Assembly (NCBI RefSeq): GCF_003704095.1
Contig: NW_020846126.1
Location: forward strand, 1-64,000
DNA from: Pocillopora damicornis
Lineage: Eukaryota
Length of the DNA stretch: 64,000 nucleotides
Direction of reading: 5' to 3'
In this document: positions 36,936 through 50,779 of the stretch, in pieces
Position numbering within the stretch: position 1 is the first letter of the stretch
Layout of the letters: every line of letters begins with the position of its first letter
Program-made: the position numbers and the translations under genes
The notes under the pieces: model-generated
Seen by the model: the letters and a program-made list of their open reading frames with translations, nothing else
Databases searched by the model: none
Told to the model about the DNA's origin: nothing

Positions 36936-39900
36936 TCAAACGTTTGTGTCTCTAAGATCAGGTGCGGAGCCACCACTGCCGTTGCTTCGTAAGTGAGATA
37001 AAATTGTCTCAAAATTTGCGGCCAGTCGGTCTTCCATAGCTATCAACCGTGCTTCCATTTTATCAATCCGCTGTTCGAGAACTTTAAGTTCTGTTCCGTG
37101 CGTACAGTGATCTCGAGTTGAAGTTAAATGCGAGTGTAATGATGGAAGAGTGGAATGGATTGATGGCATAAGAGTGTGAATTTTGGGCTCACTTCCTCCC
37201 GCAGGATGGCGAGAATGTAAATTGACAACAGGTGAATTTTGGTGTTGAGATATTCGGCCATTTATCATAAAAGTTGGTGAGCCTGTTCGTTCAAGTTTAT
37301 CAACTCCTGAGCGCGACGAAAATGTTGATCTGGCGTTTGATAGTCTGCGAGACCCTAGGTTTATCTCTTCATTATAAAGGATAATTTCATCTTCCTGCGA
37401 AGAAAATGTAAAACAACTTTACGCAACTTTTTCTGTTAAATAAAAATATAAAATGACTGAATTTTTTTAAAGACAAAGCAGCAATAAACTTTGTGGTTGT
37501 CAGTCAACTTCAACAAAGCTTTCTTAAAAAGCGATCTGAGAATGTGATATGATTACCAACTCAAAGCTGCCTGCCAGTCCCTTACATATTCCTTAAGGGT
37601 ATGTGCCTATGCAGAAATTAATTTTTCAGTAATAAATCTCAAGCAGTTACATCGTTAAAGATCTCCATATATGTGCCAAAACACATTTGTATATCAAAAT
37701 ACTATTTAGAAAGATGCATGTCTGCAGTGTGCATTTTATTTCGCTCATTCCTACCTCTTCTTCGTGACCAAGATTGTAAGCCAACTCGAGGTGTGTGATG
37801 AACTCTTCTCGAAACGACGAGTAAGCCTTTAAAACTGCAACTAACTCGCACCAGGCAACAGAATGAATTTCACAGTGTGTTTGAACTCGAAGACTGGCGT
37901 TAGCCTTTGGGATGTACATACTCTGTACCGTGCTGTAATCACAACTTATGACATCACCCTTGCCTGTCAATAAAATTGCATGAGTTAGTTAAGATACAAA
38001 TTATTTGAACACCTACCAGACTTTTTTTTACCAAAGTGAACAACGTGATAACAGACCTAATCTGAATTAAAATCCTCAATGTAAGTGCAAAACTAACAAC
38101 TACTAGGCGGCGTGCAACCGGAAAACATTTCTAGTGAACAAGACTGCAAGGGAATGGTGCTGTGATGCTAGACACAGTTGTAATGAGAATTATTATTATT
38201 TTTATCGATCTGTCTTCTAAATTGTTATCATTATTGCCATTGTCTCTGTTATTGCTGTATTTAAGATTGCATGGGTTTTATCTATCTTTTTAAGGACTGG
38301 TTGAAAGAAAGTGAAAAGAAAAAGAAAGTGGGGGTAGCCTCTTTGCCATAAAGTAAGCAGAATCTTATCTATTTCTTTTTCCTTTAAAAATTCCTTGTTC
38401 AGATCATTTGGTTAAGAAGTACGTGTATTTGACTTCATGGGCATATAAAAGAAGGTAAAGTGAATATGTAATGGCCCAACCTAATGTTAACATGGTCTCG
38501 TCAGATTTCACAACTTCAATGTTCCCTTTGGCTATGAAGTAAAGTCGCTTCACTTCGTCCCCTTGTTTAATGATGAAATGACCCGGCAGGTAATGTCGAA
38601 TCTTGAACCGCAGCGCAAGAGCCCGCAAACAGCCTTCGCTAGCGGTTTTGAAGGCCCCGCATTCTGTGAATAAATTTCTGTGTAAATGGAGACAAACGTC
38701 AGCTTGAAGGGATTCTGGGAAGCGGTTGAGTACCTGGATAGAGGAGATAAAAGATTTATTATTAATTATGTTTCAAAAGTATGGCCCTCAACTTTATTTA
38801 ACCCTTTAACTCTCAAGATCTCATTAGTAATTTTCCTTACTATCTCCCATACAGTTCTTGTGATGTTAGTGTGGAGAATTTGGTATTGGATCATCTTATA
38901 ATCCCCTAACTGATATTTTTCTTTATTCTCATCACTAGTCTGCTTTATATTGTATTGATGTTGTAGGAGGAAATTCTGTCTCGGTCACTCATGGGAGTAA
39001 AGGGTTAAATCATTTCACGAACTACCGGGATATGAGAGTACAGAAGAACTGAGCATTGCCATTAATGTTATAAATAATCGCCATTATCCCTTTAAGCCCC
39101 GTTAGAATTGTGTTCCAGACTGAATAATCTCTCATTTTGTTCCGCTCTCTCTAAAATGCATCGATCTCTAGCGTCTTGCCTTGTTTACACATCCTATTTG
39201 ATAAACACGCATTAAAGAGATGCTTGTCCATGCCTGTTTACCTTCCAAGCAGACGAGCAAGAAAAAAACTAACTTACTGTTTCCATGTCAACACCTTTAG
39301 TATAAGCCCATTCGTGCCTAAAATACTCGTCCAACTCCTCTTTGGTGGCCTTTGGTATTTTGTAAAAGCGGACAAAGTCCTCGATGACTCTCAAATCTCG
39401 GTGAAAACGGGACGTACGCGAGTAAAGTCTTTGGATGATAGCAGTGAGATTACCAAATATGGAGGCGTACATGAGAGCTGTGGAAAGGACAATCCGCTGT
39501 GAAGATGGCAAATTCAGACTACTGAAATAATCTTTCGAAATTTTCACTTTAAGCGGTAAATGTAGAAAAAAATCAGAAAACAAGGGTTAGGGAAGCCTAC
39601 TGAATGGCAAACTGCTCTTTTTTTGTGGTCTTCAACACTTACAATTCTAGGATCAGTTTATATGTAAGGATTGAAAAAACTGGTAAAGATAGGAATCACT
39701 CAACTCAGAAAAAGATGAATCACTGTTTCTGAACCTATACAACAAAACTAGTTGAAAATAAATGAATGTTGGGTCCTTGTAGTCTTACCACCAATTATCA
39801 TTACACAAACTGAAAATATTTTCTCAGCGTCAGTGTTTGGGGAAACATTTCCAAATCCAACACTTGTCAGGCTGCTAAGAGTAAAGTACAAAGCGGTAAT

Positions 39901-40919
39901 GTAGCGAGTCTGGAGATCTGGACCTGTTGTATTACTATTCAGGTTTAAGTTTTTCGTTAGCTCTTGTATCCATCCCATGTCATTCCTTTTCTCTGAGTAG
40001 CCAATACCATGCCAGATACACGCCAGCCAATGGGCGATTAGGGTGAAGAGACACGTGAGCAATATGACTACCGCAAAGCCATACTCTGAGTAGCGGTCCA
40101 GTTTTCGCGCCACTCTCACCAGGCGCAATAGACGTGCGGTCTTAAGAAGTCCAAATAATGTTGTTGCCTGAATGAATTGAAATGAAGTATTACCTCTATT
40201 GAAAACTCGTTGAAAATTCCAACTTTATAAAACACAGTTATTTCTTAGTTACTCTTTCCCCAATTTTCGTCTGTCGTAGAAAAGACTTCTCAGAATATAA
40301 TCGTTCGAAACCCAGAAAACTGGGATAAAATGTAAAGTTGTTGTTTTTAATATGTCACGTGTAATCATTGCCATGAAAATGAAAAATGACACTTAGTCGC
40401 TTAAAAGATTTAGCGACTTAAGAGAATTAAAACAGCAATGGCAGCGGTTATTAAATAAGGCACAAGATTGTTGTTACTTACCGAATCAACCTTGGTTGTG
40501 ATCATGAATTCAAAAGGTATAGCTGCGACAAAATCCACCACAAACCAGGTTTTCAAATAATGGAGAGCAATTTGCTTTGGATTACTTATGACTTCATCCG
40601 TGTTTAATTTGATAAAAGTTGTCCTAAAATTAATGAAAATGTCGATAATAAACATGAGGTCCACACAGAGGTTAAAGACGAGCAGCGGGGTAACTTTGAG
40701 AAAGCTCCAGTCTCCTTTTGTTTTTTCTTCTAGCTCCTCTTCTCTATCTTTTTGTAGAGGCATTAGAAAAGCCACAGAGAAAGGAATCTCTATCGCTGTG
40801 AATATGACAAGCGCAAGTATAATCCAGTCCCACACGGCCTTGAATAGTGAGTCATGTCGGATTGTGCAGGCATGGAGTTGGGCTTGGGGCCGAGAATTTG
40901 AGCTGGGACTGAGAGACAT
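36936..40919 (-). CDS. Erg-type (KCNH2/6/7-like) voltage-gated K+ channel, upstream paralog A, about 645 aa if initiated at ATG 40919
   Basis: Exons 40922-40482, 40167-39789, 39477-39278, 38733-38481, 37963-37755, 37394-36936; same intron positions and phases as paralog B. Motifs [60 protein letters not shown]-terminal coiled coil. Confidence 0.92.
38798..39008. mobile_element. piggyBac-type MITE (about 203 bp) in an Erg paralog A intron
   Basis: TTAA|CCCTTTAACTC ... GGAGTAAAGGG|TTAA: TTAA target site on both sides, CCC/GGG-terminated inverted repeats, no coding capacity. Confidence 0.85.
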
Positions 40920-43319
40920 CACCTGCAAGAGGAGACAAAATAAGACCTCCCGTGATTTATAATAATTAATGCGCCTGCAACGAACAACCTGCCTCTTTGA
41001 TTTAAAAATTCAAAGAGAGTATCACAGTAAAAGTTTTCGCTCAAAGTCTTTCGACTAATTTGTCAATCTTTCTTCGCTTTTGCGAAACATGTATATGGCA
41101 CAGGCTTCTGTAATGGTTGTAGTGAACTGATCGAGATCGCGTCATATCCTGAGAGAATAACTTATAACAGCAGTGGTCAGCAGCTTCGGATATCCTCACA
41201 CTTAAAAATTTCAAACCAAAATACCAAAGTCGACAATGTGATAAACACCGTATGCTACTCGAGAGTTAATGTTTACAGTAAAAGGACGACACAGTAGACA
41301 CTATTTGAAATTTCTTCCTCTAGCTGGCAACACATCGTAGTTTCATTCAAGAATTTAATCATCAAGTGCTCAAAAACTTAGGTAACATCTATTTGAAATT
41401 AAAAGTTCGAGACATAATTTCGTGAAGTTTGTTTTACATTCCGGCCTGTGGGTGATATTTCAAAAGTGCGGACGGTTGAAGCTTGTACTGAATTTTTTAA
41501 TTCTCGTTTGTTTTGGCCTTAAATTGCCTTAATTACTTTAGCAGGGTCCGGTGCTTTGTGTTCCAGATATCTTATAAGCCTTTTGACTTCCTGCGATTAA
41601 ATTATTAACTACTAATTTGGAAGCACTTTTTGGAATAGTTTGGACACAATCTAATTGTGATGAAAACTCATACATCATAAAATCATTGACATCTTCGCAC
41701 ATCTAGATGGTTCGAAGATTCCCATTTAAAAGTTTAGCCCCATTCTTGTATTAAAACCCTTGAGAAGTTTAACTCTTTTTGCTTCGAAATCTTTTAGTTG
41801 CAATAAACATCAAATCGATGGAAGGCAAGGTTAAAAGTTGTATTCGAGCGAGAACAAAATTTTCTTCTTTTCACGAAATAAGAGGTGGCCTAAAAAAGGA
41901 TTCCTCATCATCCTTGAAGCGAGACAAAACTGATACATAGGAAAAATTGTAAGGCGGGACCTAATTTGAAATAAAAGGATTTTATAAAAGAGATCTATGA
42001 AAACGTTCATCCTTTATTGAGATCCATTTTGGAAATTATTCGGAAAATGCAAATTTTCACCAAGATAATTGCAGCTGGTCTACTAAAAATATCAAGTGAA
42101 TTCACCTGTTCCTTGAAATTAACTTCTTCGTGGCCAGCCTCTGAATAAACTTTTCCCAGAGTTACTTAATGACGAGCACTGTGACCAGTTCGATGAAATA
42201 AAGCGTAAAAATCAGCGCTGAGAAACAGCGCATATTGTTTCAACGAAACTCTAAACTGCATGACAGTGTCAATGGCGGGATATATTACAACGCAACAGCA
42301 AAAGAAACAGGAAGGTCGCAGATTGAAGCGAACCATAAATGGAATTTACATTTCCTATGACAGACGTATATGCACCCTGCTGGTTTGCGAAGAAAAAGTG
42401 CGCTCGATAAAATCGTGATAAAAGAAGTTTCTTGTCATTTCAGACCACACAATATCGGAGAAAAATTCTATAAATTACATTTTTAATAGGAATAACTCTT
42501 GTTATCTCAGATGCGATTACATATTTACTTTAAAGCATAAAACGACAGCAAAATTTTTTTGAAATCTTGCATTGAAAGAGGCAATTTATATTCGAATTTG
42601 GTGCTAATATTTCATGTATATCTTCAAAGGACAAAGAAAATAGTTTATATTTTGGCAATAATGTGAAGTTGTGGATTATAAACTTTCCGCCCATGTCGCT
42701 TCAGCGATAGCTGAATCGATTATATGCTGTTGCTTTATTCATAGCTTTCTTGTCATCTCAGAAATATAATAATATAAAACCCAGTAAGGAAATACCTCTC
42801 GCTCTCAAGCGTATAAAAACTATCTTTCGATATATTTCCTCAGAATCCACGTTTAGGGACATTTAGAGAAAGCTAAATTAAACCTTTCATATTGAAATAA
42901 CGAATATTTCAAGATAGTAAAGCAAAGTAAGAACGCTGCGTGGTTCCACAGGAATGTAAAGAAATGGCAAAAATCCTCGAAAGTAAATATATTTCGTTCA
43001 AAGATAATGAAATGGTCAAGATATGATTTATCTTGCGATCGCTGTTGTGAAACTTGCTCGATAACATTCTTAAGTAAGTACTTACCAAATTATGACCTGC
43101 AACTACTAAATTTAAAAACCTGCTGTTGCAATCATGATCCTCCGGCAATAAAAAAAGACCAAGTCATCCCAAACATTTCAGCAACTTTCATTTCTCTATT
43201 AGACGTACACTTAAAAGTTGTCGGGAAAGTCAAGTTCATCTGATGTACAGTAACGTGTAAATGTCATTTTGGTCAGCCTGTAGACGTATCACACAATCGT
43301 AAAATGTTAATTCACTTAC

Positions 43320-43560
43320 CAAACCTTCAATTCCCAACTGCGGTGCAAACGAAGCATTACGAACACCTAGCAAGCGACGACTGGCCGACATGTTTCGCGC
43401 TTGCTCTATATAATTTACGAATTATTATGAGCGCGTATCGACGGCCTACTACGAAACCATGTTGCTTTTGTAGTAACATGCTATTATCTTTCAGGCGAGC
43501 AGGATGTTGTCTTGTCGCCTCTGTTAGTGACGTCACAAGCGGGAGTTTTATTTCGCGCGC
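43320..43560 (-). promoter_or_regulatory. Probable promoter and non-coding first exon of Erg paralog A
   Basis: Strong donor TTG|GTAAGT at 43320/43319, TATA-like TTATATAG at about 43405-43412, palindromic CRE TGACGTCA at 43528-43535, CpG-rich patch. Confidence 0.5.
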
Positions 43561-44849
43561 ACATTTGCGGATTCAGAGAGATGACAGTGCACGCACATAT
43601 GAAGACGGTGCCAGAATAATGCCTTTCATTGCAAGTTTACGAAGACACTATGTAATGTATTTTAAAAGCTTAAGTGTCTAAAACTCCAAAAAAACCAAAT
43701 GTGAACTCAAAGTTCACGGAGATATATCCAACTATTTATAACCTGTGCTTAAACACAAGTCGGGTAGAATCAAAGAGCTCTTTAATCATTATATTCCCCA
43801 ATTATCTCAAAATGCAAATAACTTTCGGCAAAAACAGGTAAATTGAAATTTCTACTCGCTCAATTTGTCGTAATTCAACCAATTTTCCTCTTCCACTTAC
43901 TCGGTCTCACGTTGCTATTTTTTCCTCCCATTTAGGGGATCTCTCTTCTTTCAGGCTGTCTCAATCTAGTTATGCGGTCTGATCTCACTCTTAGCGGGTT
44001 GCAACGTTTTAAATGAATGAAAATCTACATATGTTTATTCAGTCTCTTTGTCAGCCCCGTTGCGGGTGGCAGGATGAATTTTTGATTGCTTACAATGTTC
44101 AAATTTCATTAGTTTTTCTAGCCAGCAAATGACCATTGTCAACATAGCGGAGAGGACCACATTTCAACAGTCTGGCTACATAGGGTGATACAGTTTCCAC
44201 CATGAACGGCGGACCGGCCTTCATGACCGGCCCTACTTTTAGCGTTTGGCAAACTGTCAATAGTTTTCTTTTTAGCTCATACTATTAAGAAAAAAGCACA
44301 AAATATGGGACAAATAAACATACCCAACCAGAAAATTCGTAGTTAAACCGCCCAATCAGATTGTGGTTTCTTTATCTGTGTGCCAGGCGATGTTCTTTTT
44401 CTTGTAATTTTCAAACTTTGCCTTCTGTTAATTTTACTTCAGAGTCGTGTTAGATTGAAACATTCTTGAACAATTTTAAGAATTATCTTTTTAAAATCAG
44501 GTTGACCTAACATGACTTTAAACATCATGAACTTACAAATAAATGGAACTTGAAAATTTTCAATTCAAGAATGGGATTCGCTGACTCAGTCCTAACCTAT
44601 AACTGGTAAGAAAAGAAATATAGTTGAATGTTGTTGAAAGTTTAAATTTGTGTCATTTACGATTCATATATTAAGTGCATGTCAAACGTTAGGTGTCTTC
44701 ACGCCTTTGCTGACTTTAATAAATTCACCGCCATTTAGGTGGGTATAGGCGCATATCCTCAGAAGCAACAGAACTTTCTAATCTCTCGTCGACAGAAATG
44801 ATTGGTCGTTGGAAACAGGCTTGAGTCGCAGGCAGAGCTAAAAGAGATC

Positions 44850-45033
44850 TCCTTGAAACAAAGACTTGAATGCTTCTCCTTCTGATTACAGAGAAGAACT
44901 TATCACCCACGGTACCATTTTGTTATCAATGAGTTAATTTGTCCTTTAAAACAAAGACATGAATGCTTCTCTTTCCGATTACAGAGAAGAACTTACCACC
45001 CATGGTACATTTTGTTATCGATGAGTTGATTTG
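44850..45033. repeat. Direct tandem duplication, 2 x about 92 bp
   Basis: tccttgaaacaaagacttgaatgcttctcc...gagttaatttg is repeated as tcctttaaaacaaagacatgaatgcttctct...gagttgatttg. Confidence 0.9.
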
Positions 45034-48000
45034 GCAAGTGTCAAAAGAGTGCGATTCATTTGAATGATTAGTAAGATCACAATTTGCCGGCATTGGCGGT
45101 ACAAGGGTCAATATTTAATGAGTACGGAAATACGGATTCAAGGCAAGCTCGTCTCAAATTTCCCACAACAGAAAATTTTATTGAGCCATTTTCAAATAGC
45201 GGCCTAGACCTAGGTGGTTTCCGTCTGAGTATATTGCAATTGTATAATAAAGGACTGTGTTTGGTAATAAAAAAAATATGTCGCTAAATACCGGCTAAGA
45301 ATGATTTATATCCAGTCTGCGTTGTCTGATTTTGTTTTGCAGGCCCTAAAATTAACGGCTTCGAAATAACAAGAAGGAAACGAAAACAAACAGTTAAATT
45401 AAGTACGTAAATTATTTATGTTTCGAGTCTTCACAATTGCCAAAAGTATTCCATTTTTGTCCATACATCATCACGTATAAATTCAATTGGAATAGTGTGG
45501 ACAGAATATAAAATGTTAAGCCACAGCAGTTTTGCTGGAAAAGACAACATGGGCCCATTCTTAGAGAAAGAAAGAATTCAACATGGACAATAATTTTCCT
45601 ATTCCCGGTGTGCAATGCACCGCTGGCAACTGATGAAAATATTAAACACAGAGGTTTCCCAAATATAGCGTGAGATGCGACAAGCCTAAGCTGTAATTAT
45701 ACCAAACAATATTTGCATCTCCTGAAAGCAATTGAAAAGCAATGTAATATATTTGAATATTAGAATCATAAATATCTCATTGAGCGACATTTTTTACCAT
45801 AGCAAACTGTGACATGGTTGCCTTTGAAGTAAGACAGAAAAATAAGGCTGGAATGATTCGATTAGGGATTAACTGAACTAACAAAAATAGTCTTTTAGCC
45901 TAAAAATGAATAAGTCCTTAAGGTGCTGTTTAACCCTTTCTTCGCCTGCACAAGAGTAATTACGATCGAAACACTGCGTTCAAATGTGCGATCAGCACCA
46001 AACATGATTGTGAAATTTGTAAGGTATACCTGAGAAAAGGATGGTTTCTAAATAGTTATGAACGCGACTGAACGCAAGAGAAAACACATTGCGCGGCGGT
46101 TATATGCATATGTCAGTCAAAGACACAATAGCAAGTGTTAAGTTAAGGAGTGAAGAGGTAAAAACAACATGCTAACCTCAAACCGTACGAGCTTCCACCG
46201 CGGCATTTCAGTTTCCGGCTGACAATTTACTTTACAAACATAATGTGTCCTTTTGCCAATGAGCAGAAGCCATGTGTCTTTAAAAGAAAGATTTTTTCTT
46301 GGTTTTGAAAAGTTACAGATATAAGGTGGTTCTGGTTGCTTGAAATTGGAATATCAAAATTCGTTGTTATTCGACCAGGGGCAAACGCCATCTGTTGTGT
46401 TTTCTCTACTGCTCTTCTTATCCAATCAGAAACCGAGGAAAACTTCGACAGATGTTTACCCAAATTAGCGTCGCTGGTGAGTCTTAGTAATGAAAACGGC
46501 TTCACACATTTTTATTAGATTTAATTTTTTACTTTGTGAGAAATTCCAACAATTAAAGAGCTTGGTGAGCCTTTGATGTTCAAATTAACTAAGTTCAACA
46601 TAAAAATTTTCACCTGCTTTTATTATTTTGATCTCAGTTTTTTGAAAATTAACAAAGCCCGCTTTTCGAAATGACTGCAACGAAGTTAACAGTTATGGTT
46701 GGGAAATGGGCTCCAAAAAGGTAAACAGATAACACAGCGGGTAAAACTCTCTTAGTAGACAAATAAGGCAAGAGCAAGGTAAGTAGAAATAAACTATTTT
46801 CTCTTAAAACGTTCTGTTTTTGCCGTTGATTTGTTAAAATGTGTCTGACCAATCGAGAGTAAATGGGAAGTTTTCCTCGAGGTACGGAGAGTGAAATTAA
46901 ATTTGATGTCGTAAAAATATTGATTTTCAAGAAAGAATTACAAAGAATTAATAAGGCAGGAAAAGTATTGGTACATGAAGCCAAAACTGTCGTGAAAGAA
47001 ACCGCTTAATTAAACCTTCTTAAATAGCCAGGATTAAAATTTATTTTGTGGCACGGATAAAAGCCTGGATTAAATGTTCTGCTGTTGTGTCGATCTTCAT
47101 TTACGCTGATGTTTGGTTCGATATATGCTTTTGACCAACATGTCAGTTAAGTATTAAGGAAGCGTTGGTATTGTACAAGAAAACAATCGCTATCTAAAGT
47201 GAAATGGAAAGAAAAATGAAAAATTAATTCAGTAGCTGTTTTGGTTTCTGGTTTAAACATGTCTTTGGTGAATTCTGTCCTCTTACCCACTTTACATATT
47301 CATTGCTTTATGAAAACAGCTGTCTTCACAAGGTACACTTAACAAACAATACTAAGCTTACGGGCGAAAGGTCCACGGTTAAAAATAACAATAAAAAAAA
47401 TATGATAAACATCGCGCGGCACACCAGAACTACATAGCCTAACCTTAGCTCTTTTTGAACCTCGTGTCAGTTTAGTGAGACGTATCAGAATCGACGGAGC
47501 ATGTTTATCCTCCAAAATATCGTAAAAGAGTGGCAGTACTCGTTTTGACTTGAATGTATTTGTATCTTCTTTGATATATCTCGATAATCTTCTGTTTGGA
47601 TTAGGTTTTACATTTTACATGGCGAAATTAGGAAGCAGAAGGGGGTCGTAGCCTCGTAAGGTGCGAATAACCCCCACCCTCTGGTATGAAAAATAATTTA
47701 AGATATAGACGGCATTGAGATAAAATATTCCGTAGTCCTCCTAAATTCCAATGAAGAGAAGGGTCACTCCCCTGGTAAAGAGATGTTACCTTCACCCCTC
47801 AGTTTCGGGTTCTGATCAATGTATTTACCGAAACATTTTACAAGTTTGTTGGAGCTATTTATCCTTGTATCACTACAAAGTATTTCAAAGAAAAATTTTT
47901 AGCATAATTTTTTTATACACAGTATTCAGTTGAATGTAAATACCACCTGCAACGAATCATTAATTCACTCGGTCAGAAATTTAGTGTCAGCCAAAAACAA

Positions 48001-49999
48001 TCTCGTTGATGAGTTGGAATGTGGCCTAAACAATAATTATTACCTACCTTAACGCTCTTTGCCGAGTTCGTCAAGTTCACAAAGCAAAGCGGAAGAGCTG
48101 AATTTGAGAAGACTGTGAATTGATAAATCCAACTTAGTTAGAAGCTGGAAGATTTGAATCTTGGAAACAGCTCCACATGCAGGAAACACCGACATGTTTC
48201 TTGCTCGTCCTTCTTAATAAGCTGTACATTACAAGTTTAGACTCGAGCGGTTTGAATAGTCACTAATTTATGTCCTCAAAGTAAATCTTATCTTTTGATG
48301 GAAAGTTTAATCAAAATCAAGATTGGCCGAGAACATCCAATGAGAAGGTTGAGATCCACTGGTGACAATGTAATAAATAATTCAACTTTGAGAATTCAGT
48401 TTTTTCTTGCTGAAAGCTATTGAACAATTTTTTTGGTCCATTATCAGGCCTTGTGATTCCACTTATTAATAGAGAAGTTTGGTCATTACTTCAAACCTTA
48501 AAGTCCTTTGTAGGAAAATGCTAACTTAAGACTTTCTATCCAAGGGGCAGACAGCTATGGCTGTCTTAATTTTAAACAGTAACCTCTGCTTGTCATTTAA
48601 GTAAAATATTTAACATAACATGATTTAAATGTATCCAGAATTAGTTTGGTGTTTACGTGATTAGTTTTGTTTTATAAAAATCGAATTTTAACTAGTTCCA
48701 GATATGACTATGTTAAACTGACTGTTAACTCAAAGCGCTGTTAGCTCAACTTAGAATAACCTCTCTCTTAACATAAGGTTCAGTGGCTTTCAAAGAAAAT
48801 GATAACTTATTGAAATAAATAATAAGTATTAACGTTGTAATGGTTTTCGAGGACTCTGCTTGAGAGCAAGAGTGTATTGGAATAAAAAAAAATTGGGTTT
48901 AGTTTTCTCATGGATTCTTTTTTTTTTGAGACAGCTCAACTTGGCCATTTTCCACAAAGAAAATGAGATATTTCACATTTTAGGTGGAGTTGTCTGCCTC
49001 TCAAACTTTGCTAGTAAACCCTAAAAAAAAGCTTTCTAGGGACTAAAGTTTACGTGAGATGGAAGACAACTTTATATACAGTAAACTGACTTAAAACAAG
49101 AGTTCACACTTACTTGTCTCACACTGAATGGAACCGGAGGAGAGTGAAAGCTGACACAACCTCTTTGGACCTCCTTGTCTCTAACAAACTCAATCTCTAA
49201 ACTCATTATTCTAATAACGAGCTTAAAAACAACTCAGTTTCTTAGTTAAAGTTCTAAAAATAAACGTGCATTGTAAAATAAACCAATAAAAGACACCGCT
49301 TGGTGTCGGCAAAGAGTTTGACATCAACCGCAGTGATCATTAGTTTTGCGGTCGCACCCGTAATTTAATACAGATTTTATTTATCTTACTGAGGTCAATG
49401 CTTGTGACGAAGAGAAACTAAAGGCTCATCGTAAATGAGATACTAGGATTTCTTGGCTCTGATCAGGTAATTTTAAACATTATAATTTGTCACGATATTA
49501 TATAACTTCCCAACTGTGACAATTCCGAGCTGATGGAAACTATGAATACAAAATACGTCACACCGGTAGTAAATGATACATGTTAAAAAAACAAACGTCG
49601 CTGAAACATTCTCAATCTTTATTCTGGAAAACCACTCTTTTTTTTAACAACTGCCCACCGAGAAAATAAAGAAATTATCATAAAAAGTTCTGTCAAGTTA
49701 AATCCAATTTAACGACAGTCAAATTTCGTTTGCACTAAGAAACATTTCCAAGTTCCACGTTTCTTATTATTGAACAAATGCCCCTTGACTGATTACAGTG
49801 TAAACCACTATTAACATATCTATTTTTAGCTGTGATCAGTTGAGACAATTTCAGTAGTGTAATAAGGTGATTAAGCTCTGATTTGGGGAAAATCAATTAA
49901 ACTTCTTTGCCCTGCTTAAGCTTCTCTCTGACTTTGCTCTTTAAAAGAATATATTATGCAATAACGCTCTCTTATCAATATCAACTGGTCTTATGAGTT

Positions 50000-50480
50000 A
50001 TGGTGATAAACAAATCTGACTCCCTCTGCGCGCTAGTCCGATTTTAGTAATGGTAATAGTAATAATTTATTTATTGTTAATAAGGTGAGAAGTGGTCGCC
50101 CAATCTTCCGAGCAACAATTTTGTTATAACTCGTATGATTACAGACTGAATCGGACGACATGAAGTCATATTTACATTAATCATAAACATTACAACTCCC
50201 AAGAAAAGAAAAAAAAGTTATGAAAGAAAGGGAAAATTTGCATCAAGAGAAAGCCACAATTTAGCAGTCTGTGCACTGTTTCTGTGGTGATTGAAACCAA
50301 GGTTGTAATTGGCTAATTTAAACTACAACTTTGAATGTGATGGTTGATTTTAACTACAACTTTGAATGTTATTGGCTTATTAAAATGTCCAATAACAACT
50401 TGGCACGTGAATTAGTGGAAAATAGGATTTTTTTAAACCAATCACAATCAAGAAAATTGTAATTTTTATCATTAAGTCAG
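50000..50480. repeat. Probable interspersed repeat with an internal short duplication
   Basis: aactacaactttgaatgt is repeated at about 50322 and 50352. The motif tcgtatgattacagactgaatcgga resembles a common anthozoan repeat (from memory). Confidence 0.4.
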
Positions 50481-50779
50481 TAATCACCATTCTTGGTTCT
50501 TTGAGAACAAATTTGAATTGTTACTAAAAGTTTTTCAGGTTTCTAACTTTCACCATAACTACTACGTTTAATACCATTTGTATTTCAATACGATGGACAC
50601 TAAGTCTTCTCCATTTCTATCAAAAAATAAATCTGAACAATTGTCCATGCAACTTGAATCAGAATTATTTTTAAGTCAACATAACTTTGATCTGAGTTAA
50701 GCCTCACCTCAAAGAGGAAATATTTAGTAAAGTGAGGCTAGTAGAAAATAACCTGACGCAGATAAGGTATGAAAAGCCA

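Noticed and set aside
42105-42145. Possible extra coding exon of Erg paralog A (EAGHEEVNFKEQ|gtgaat)
   Set aside because: No in-frame ATG or homology support; cannot be distinguished from chance splice-like motifs.
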